A stretch of DNA of 64,000 nt from an uncultured Acidimicrobiia bacterium (lineage in GTDB: Bacteria; Acidobacteriota; Terriglobia; Versatilivoradales; Versatilivoraceae), in assembly GCA_963786955.1 (NCBI GenBank), contig CAWBAT010000007.1, positions 1-64,000 of the forward strand, written 5' to 3'. A program made the position numbers and the translations under genes. Shown one piece after another: positions 59,294 through 64,000 of this stretch (position 1 is its first letter; each line of letters begins with the position of its first letter). A model generated the notes under the pieces. That model worked only from the letters and a program-made list of their open reading frames with translations. It did not search any database and was not told the DNA's origin.

Positions 59294-62200
59294 TCACTCT
59301 TTTGTGATGGTTTCGTCCAGATTCAGAATTAAACTGGCAATGGTGGTATAAGATGCCAGCTCTCTCGGATCCAGTTTCTCGTCGAGCTCCGATTCTCCTT
59401 GTTTCAAATACTTCAAGGCAGACTTGGGGTCATCGCGGTATTTGTCAAAAAAGCGATTGAACGTGTCGAGCAGTACTTTCTGCTCCTGAGGCTGTGGCAG
59501 GCGAGCCGTAGCCAACCGGAAAGCAAACGCAATTTTCTCTTCGGGAGTCGGGCCGCCACTTTTCAACATGCGTTCCGCCAGCTTTCTGGAAGCTTCCAGG
59601 TAGGTCACGTCATTCAATAGATTAAGAGCTTGTAGAGGGGTGTTGGTTCGCGGCAGTCGGACGGTGCACGTTTCCCGATCCGTTGCATCGAAGGTGGTCA
59701 TCGACGGAGGGGCTATGGTTCGTTTCCAATACGTGTAAAGGCTGCGTCGATACAAACCATCTCCGGTATCTGGCTTGTAACTGTCGCCAAATGAAACCTC
59801 TTCCCACAATCCAGGGGGCTGATAAGGTTTAACAGAAGGTCCCCCGATCTTTTCGACCAGGAGACCTGAAATGGATAACGCTTGATCGCGGACAACTTCG
59901 GCGGGCAAGCGCACTCGCGGGCCCCGAGCCAGCAAACGATTGTCAGGATCCTTCTCCTCCAAAGCAGTCGTTGTCATAGAAGTCTGGCGATAGGTAGCGC
60001 TCATGACGATCGTTTTCAGGATCCCCTTCAGATCCCAATTCTTTTGCATGAATTCGACGGATAGCCAGTCCAACAGCTCTTGGTTTATTGGCCTCTCGCC
60101 CTGTGTCCCGAAGTCCTCCACTGTTTTGATTAGGCCAATGCCAAACAACTGCGCCCAGAAACGATTGACTGTAACGCGCGCTGTGAGCGGATTACTGGAA
60201 TCCACCAGCCAGCGGGCAAAGCCCAGTCGATTGTTTTCCCATTCTTTGTGCAGGGGATGGAGAATTCCTGGGACTCCAGGTGAAACCTTTTCACCCGGAT
60301 TGTCATAGGCTCCTCGCTTCAAGACGAACGCGTCCCGTGGTTTTTCACCCTCCTTCATCACCATGACCGTCTGAATACTTTGATAAAGCCGTTCCCTTTT
60401 TCGTTTCAGATCCAGCAACTCTTGCCAGGCCATCCAGATCGAATCGGGCGAAAAATCATTCAGAAAACACGTGGCCAGTTTATAAGTCTGCGCGGGAGTC
60501 CGCTGATCTGGGGGAATTGCTGCGATTTTACTCACACTCTCCAAGACGGGAAGGGAAGCCGCTTCCTCGGGGGAAAGAGCCCGATTGTATACCTTCACTT
60601 CATCGATGTTTCCATGAAAGCGGTTTTCGGGACCTTCACCGGCTCCTACTCGGAAAGGAGCGCGGTAGCGAAGCGGCCAAATTTCGTCAAACAAAACGTT
60701 GATCTTTTGAGGCACCCCGTTGACGTATATTTTGACCCCGGCAGCCTTCCGCCTGCCATCAAAGGTTAATAGCACATGCTGCCACTGGTTGAGTTCAATT
60801 TTTTCAGCCGTTTCCAGGCGCAGACTGAGGTCGGTCCAGCGCATGGTAAAGTGGAAGCGGATTTTGCCGTCCAACAAATATAACCCGTAGCCTTCGCCCT
60901 GGGGGAGATCTTCGATATGAGAGACAATTGCGCCGGTGGGTGCGGTCGGGTAAATCCAAGCTGCGAGGCTGAACGGCTCATCGTATGCAAATTTTGCGAC
61001 ATCCCCTCCGTCAATGAACCGCTTACCATCAAAAGTTGCGGCCAGCCCTTTCTGCCCCGGAGCAAGCGGCATTTGGCAGTCTGGAGTTCCCACAACTGCA
61101 GGCGTGCCTTCATAGCAACCGCTGGTCAGAAACCCTTCGAAGGGGAGGTCCACGATCAGCCCTTCTTTGATAGACCAGTCGAGCTTCTCCGGATTCTGGC
61201 GAAGTGATTCTTCCCACTTGTTCTGCGCTTTTTGAAGATCGGGTTTCAGAACGGCAAACTTTTTTTCAGCTTCAGCAATCCTGTGATCGAGATCTGAAAG
61301 TCTCGCATCTTGTTTTGGTGTGGGAGCCTTCACATAAGGTTCCTCATTCCCGAAGTTGAACACAAACCCTTTTTCCGGGACGTTGTTGAAATAAGCAAAC
61401 ATCTGGTAAAACTCTTTCTGTTTTAGGGGATCAAATTTGTGGTCATGGCAGCGGGTACAACCCATCGTGAGCCCCAACCAAACTGTGGAGGTGGTCTGAA
61501 CGCGGTCTGCAACGTACTCGGTCCGAAACTCTTCCGGGATGATGCCTCCTTCCGCACTGGTCCGGTGATTTCGATTGAATCCAGTGGCTATCAATTGTTC
61601 GCGTGAGGCATTCGGTAGCATATCACCGGCAATCTGCCAGATCGTAAATTGATCAAATGGCAAATTCTGGTTGAATGCTTCAATGACCCAATCCCGCCAT
61701 CGCCACATACTGCGAGGTCCATCGCTCTGGTATCCATTGGTGTCGGCATAACGGGCCGCATCGAGCCAGCGTACCGCCATCCGTTCACCGTAACGGGGAG
61801 ACTGAAGCAGCCGATATACCAGCTTTTCGTAGGCATTCGGGGACTTGTCAGCGAGGTAGGCATCCATTTCTGGAAGTGTCGGCGGGAGGCCAGTAAGATC
61901 CAAGGATAGGCGCCGAATCAAAGTGGCACGGTCCGCTTCTGGGGAGGGGGACAAACCCTCTTTTTCAAGCCGGTGAAGAACGAAAAAATCAATCGGATTC
62001 CGCGTCCAAGCCTTATTCTTGACCACTGGAAGAGGAGGACGTTGGGGTGGAATGAATGCCCAGTGTTTCTGCCAAGGAGCACCTTCTGTGATCCATTGAC
62101 GAATTAGAGTGATCTCCTGCTCCGAGAGCTTGGCATGACCTGCATAAGCGGGAGGCATGCGAATCGACTCATCATCGGAACTAATCCGGCGAATCAGTTC

Positions 62201-62500
62201 ACTCTTGTCGGGCTGGCCCCGAACTATCGCAAACTTGTCTTCCCCTAGATTAATGAATGCGCCTTCTTCAGTGTCAAAGCGTAAGGCGGTCTTGCGGCTG
62301 TTCTTGTCAGGTCCGTGGCAGGCAAAACACTTGTCCGAAAGAATTGGCAAAATAACACGATTAAACTCTATCGTACTGGGCGTAGATTCAGGCTTGGGAG
62401 CGCCCGATTTCGCTGTGACCACCAAACTTCCATGGCTGATGAGAAGAAGTGCTGCCAATGAGATGACACGCAATTTAGTCTTCGTGAATTTGGACAACAC
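59294..62500 (-). CDS. planctomycete-type cytochrome c / DUF1549 / LamG / DUF1553 protein
   Basis: CFACHG, MPP, NPIDFF, RRLSLDLTGLPPT, CTRCHDHK, LamG insert, ARV.VNR.W, TNTPLQAL. Confidence 0.92.
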   Translation of the reverse strand: MLSKFTKTKLRVISLAALLLISHGSLVVTAKSGAPKPESTPSTIEFNRVILPILSDKCFACHGPDKNSRKTALRFDTEEGAFINLGEDKFAIVRGQPDKSELIRRISSDDESIRMPPAYAGHAKLSEQEITLIRQWITEGAPWQKHWAFIPPQRPPLPVVKNKAWTRNPIDFFVLHRLEKEGLSPSPEADRATLIRRLSLDLTGLPPTLPEMDAYLADKSPNAYEKLVYRLLQSPRYGERMAVRWLDAARYADTNGYQSDGPRSMWRWRDWVIEAFNQNLPFDQFTIWQIAGDMLPNASREQLIATGFNRNHRTSAEGGIIPEEFRTEYVADRVQTTSTVWLGLTMGCTRCHDHKFDPLKQKEFYQMFAYFNNVPEKGFVFNFGNEEPYVKAPTPKQDARLSDLDHRIAEAEKKFAVLKPDLQKAQNKWEESLRQNPEKLDWSIKEGLIVDLPFEGFLTSGCYEGTPAVVGTPDCQMPLAPGQKGLAATFDGKRFIDGGDVAKFAYDEPFSLAAWIYPTAPTGAIVSHIEDLPQGEGYGLYLLDGKIRFHFTMRWTDLSLRLETAEKIELNQWQHVLLTFDGRRKAAGVKIYVNGVPQKINVLFDEIWPLRYRAPFRVGAGEGPENRFHGNIDEVKVYNRALSPEEAASLPVLESVSKIAAIPPDQRTPAQTYKLATCFLNDFSPDSIWMAWQELLDLKRKRERLYQSIQTVMVMKEGEKPRDAFVLKRGAYDNPGEKVSPGVPGILHPLHKEWENNRLGFARWLVDSSNPLTARVTVNRFWAQLFGIGLIKTVEDFGTQGERPINQELLDWLSVEFMQKNWDLKGILKTIVMSATYRQTSMTTTALEEKDPDNRLLARGPRVRLPAEVVRDQALSISGLLVEKIGGPSVKPYQPPGLWEEVSFGDSYKPDTGDGLYRRSLYTYWKRTIAPPSMTTFDATDRETCTVRLPRTNTPLQALNLLNDVTYLEASRKLAERMLKSGGPTPEEKIAFAFRLATARLPQPQEQKVLLDTFNRFFDKYRDDPKSALKYLKQGESELDEKLDPRELASYTTIASLILNLDETITKE

Positions 62501-62736
62501 TTCAAATCCTCCCAGAATACAGAAACATGAATAGCATTTTCATGAACATGGCAGTATGAGCCACCAATCCATTACATGGCTGAATAATCTATTTTTTCAA
62601 CCAGATTCTCTTTTGTCAATGTTTCAGTAACAATGTGGATATTGGTTAACGGATTCCTGCTTAATCAAAGCACAGGAGGGGAGCAAGGGGATCAACGCGG
62701 CTGGATTCATTATAAGGGGTTTATGGAAGGAGGTTT

Positions 62737-63651
62737 CTACTTAGCGAAAGGGACTTTATCTGTTTCTGAAGAATCTTCAAAAATGCTCACAGCGACGTTG
62801 ACTGTCAGATGGTGATTTCCGCCGCCTAGAATGACTCCGCGAATGGGGCTAACATCGCTATAATCTCGACCCCAGGCAAGCGTTGCATGGAGATCAGAGG
62901 CCATTTGATTGTTGGTAGGGTCAACGTCAACCCAGGCAGCCAGTTCAGGGATGTACACCGAAACCCAGGCATGGGAAGCTTCGGTGCTCGTTGGGTCACG
63001 GTCTTCTGATAGGGAATTGGAATAAAGATAACCACTCACGTACCGTGCTGCCAAGCCAAGGGAGCGCAAGCAGGCGATCTGGAGATGCGCAAAATCCTGG
63101 CAAACGCCGCGCCGCAATTCGAAGACCTCAGACACGGGTGTCCGCACTTCAGTTGCCTTGGGATCAAATCTGAAGTCCTGATGAATTCTTTGAGTCAGGT
63201 CAAGCACCGCTTCAAGCAAGAGTCTACGGGGAGGGAAAGAAGCCAAGGCATAGGAGGCTATTTTTCGATTCCACTTTACTTGTGGGGATTCGAAGACGAA
63301 CTCGCGGGCCTGCAGGTCTTCTTGGCTCAGGCTCTCCTGGAGCCTTTCGGCTGTTCTTTCCCAGTTCAGTGTTTGATTAAATAATGATCCGACTGGGGGC
63401 GTGACCAAAACATCACTCTGAGCTTCAATCGTCAAACTCTGATGCGCCATCTGCATGGAAAAGTAGGTCGCCGTATTCCCGAAATAATCTTGCCGTTCCC
63501 CTGAAAACTGCGGGAGCGGGTCTGTTGTTAAATGGTGACGAAAACAAACCTGGTTGGACATGGATCGAGGAGTGAGGTGAACCAGATGCTGAGATATCGA
63601 AACAGGTTCCTCATACAGATAGCTGGTTACGTGTCTGATACGGAGTGTCAT
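62737..63651 (-). CDS. transglutaminase-like protein
   Basis: GVCQDFAH, ARYVSGY, SHAW, DPTN, GRDY.DV.P. Confidence 0.95.
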   Translation of the reverse strand: MTLRIRHVTSYLYEEPVSISQHLVHLTPRSMSNQVCFRHHLTTDPLPQFSGERQDYFGNTATYFSMQMAHQSLTIEAQSDVLVTPPVGSLFNQTLNWERTAERLQESLSQEDLQAREFVFESPQVKWNRKIASYALASFPPRRLLLEAVLDLTQRIHQDFRFDPKATEVRTPVSEVFELRRGVCQDFAHLQIACLRSLGLAARYVSGYLYSNSLSEDRDPTSTEASHAWVSVYIPELAAWVDVDPTNNQMASDLHATLAWGRDYSDVSPIRGVILGGGNHHLTVNVAVSIFEDSSETDKVPFAK

Positions 63652-64000
63652 GTTATGTGCCCCTTGGAGAAGGAACTCAATTGCTGGGTGACTTTCGCGT
63701 GACTGAAGTAACGTTGAATGATGAGATTTGAAATCGAGTAGAGGCTATTCCCGAGTGACAACAGGAGATTTTCGAGCGGTACTCGTCGTCTCCCATCCTC
63801 ACGGAGTGACAGGACTTCAATGGAGTTGGAATGCAGAAGGCCTTGCGCATCTTCGATGATTTTCTCTTCTGGGCCTGCCTCGCCCGACAAACTTTCGCCG
63901 CCCAACTGTCTAAAATGCTCTGCGAGCGAATTAAGCTGGTATGACAGCGAACGCGGATTACTCTCATCGAGTAGGAGTAGGTCGAGCACAGGCGCAAGTT
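63648..64000 (-). CDS. C-terminus of an alpha-E (DUF403) domain protein, 5' part outside the window
   Basis: VLDLLLLDESNPRSL.YQL...YFSH; ATGA overlap with the transglutaminase gene. Confidence 0.8.
   Translation of the reverse strand, partial: LAPVLDLLLLDESNPRSLSYQLNSLAEHFRQLGGESLSGEAGPEEKIIEDAQGLLHSNSIEVLSLREDGRRRVPLENLLLSLGNSLYSISNLIIQRYFSHAKVTQQLSSFSKGHIT

Noticed and set aside
62737-64000. Transglutaminase plus alpha-E module as a novel system
   Set aside because: Matches the already described ATP-grasp/alpha-E/transglutaminase operon type and is cut off by the window edge
1-64000. tRNA, rRNA, prophage or integrase genes
   Set aside because: No cloverleaf/T-loop context, rRNA-like stretch, phage structural gene or recombinase was recognised by eye

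Overview
Bacterial chromosomal window of mixed moderate GC. The gene content (carboxypeptidase-regulatory-domain TonB receptor, DUF1549/DUF1553 plus DUF1501 pair, ECF/anti-sigma/DUF4097 modules) suggests Acidobacteriota; this is an inference. About 57 CDSs are supportable. 0-11.6 kb holds metabolic and housekeeping genes (Ldh-2 dehydrogenase, RhaT-like transporter, cyclase, hemH, di-heme peroxidase, RodZ-like protein, class IV aminotransferase). 11.6-33.9 kb is accessory-rich: high-GC inserts, a permuted TrxB-like/NapH-like fusion, a DUF4160-like TA pair, S41 protease, catabolic enzymes, a frameshifted ALDH and TonB receptor, and a RAYT transposase. 33.9-64 kb is mostly core: thiL-lon-hsp20, nrdR, two ECF modules, aroK, folE, a combined 2-oxoacid dehydrogenase plus 2-oxoacid:ferredoxin oxidoreductase cluster with two CBS proteins, DUF1501/DUF1553 and a transglutaminase. 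I recognised no tRNA, rRNA or CRISPR array. The most striking unexplained structure is a dense set of tiny mobile DNA: (i) a RAYT with its GTAG-REP family, whose near-identical arrays bracket a 5.3-kb TonB-receptor+RAYT segment; (ii) several different 100-125 bp terminal-inverted-repeat elements that each carry REP hairpins inside; (iii) small DUF559 and GxxExxY nuclease genes, each enclosed by its own ~30-35 bp inverted repeats in the same architecture as the HUH-transposase modules. All family calls come from motif recognition by eye, not database searches.
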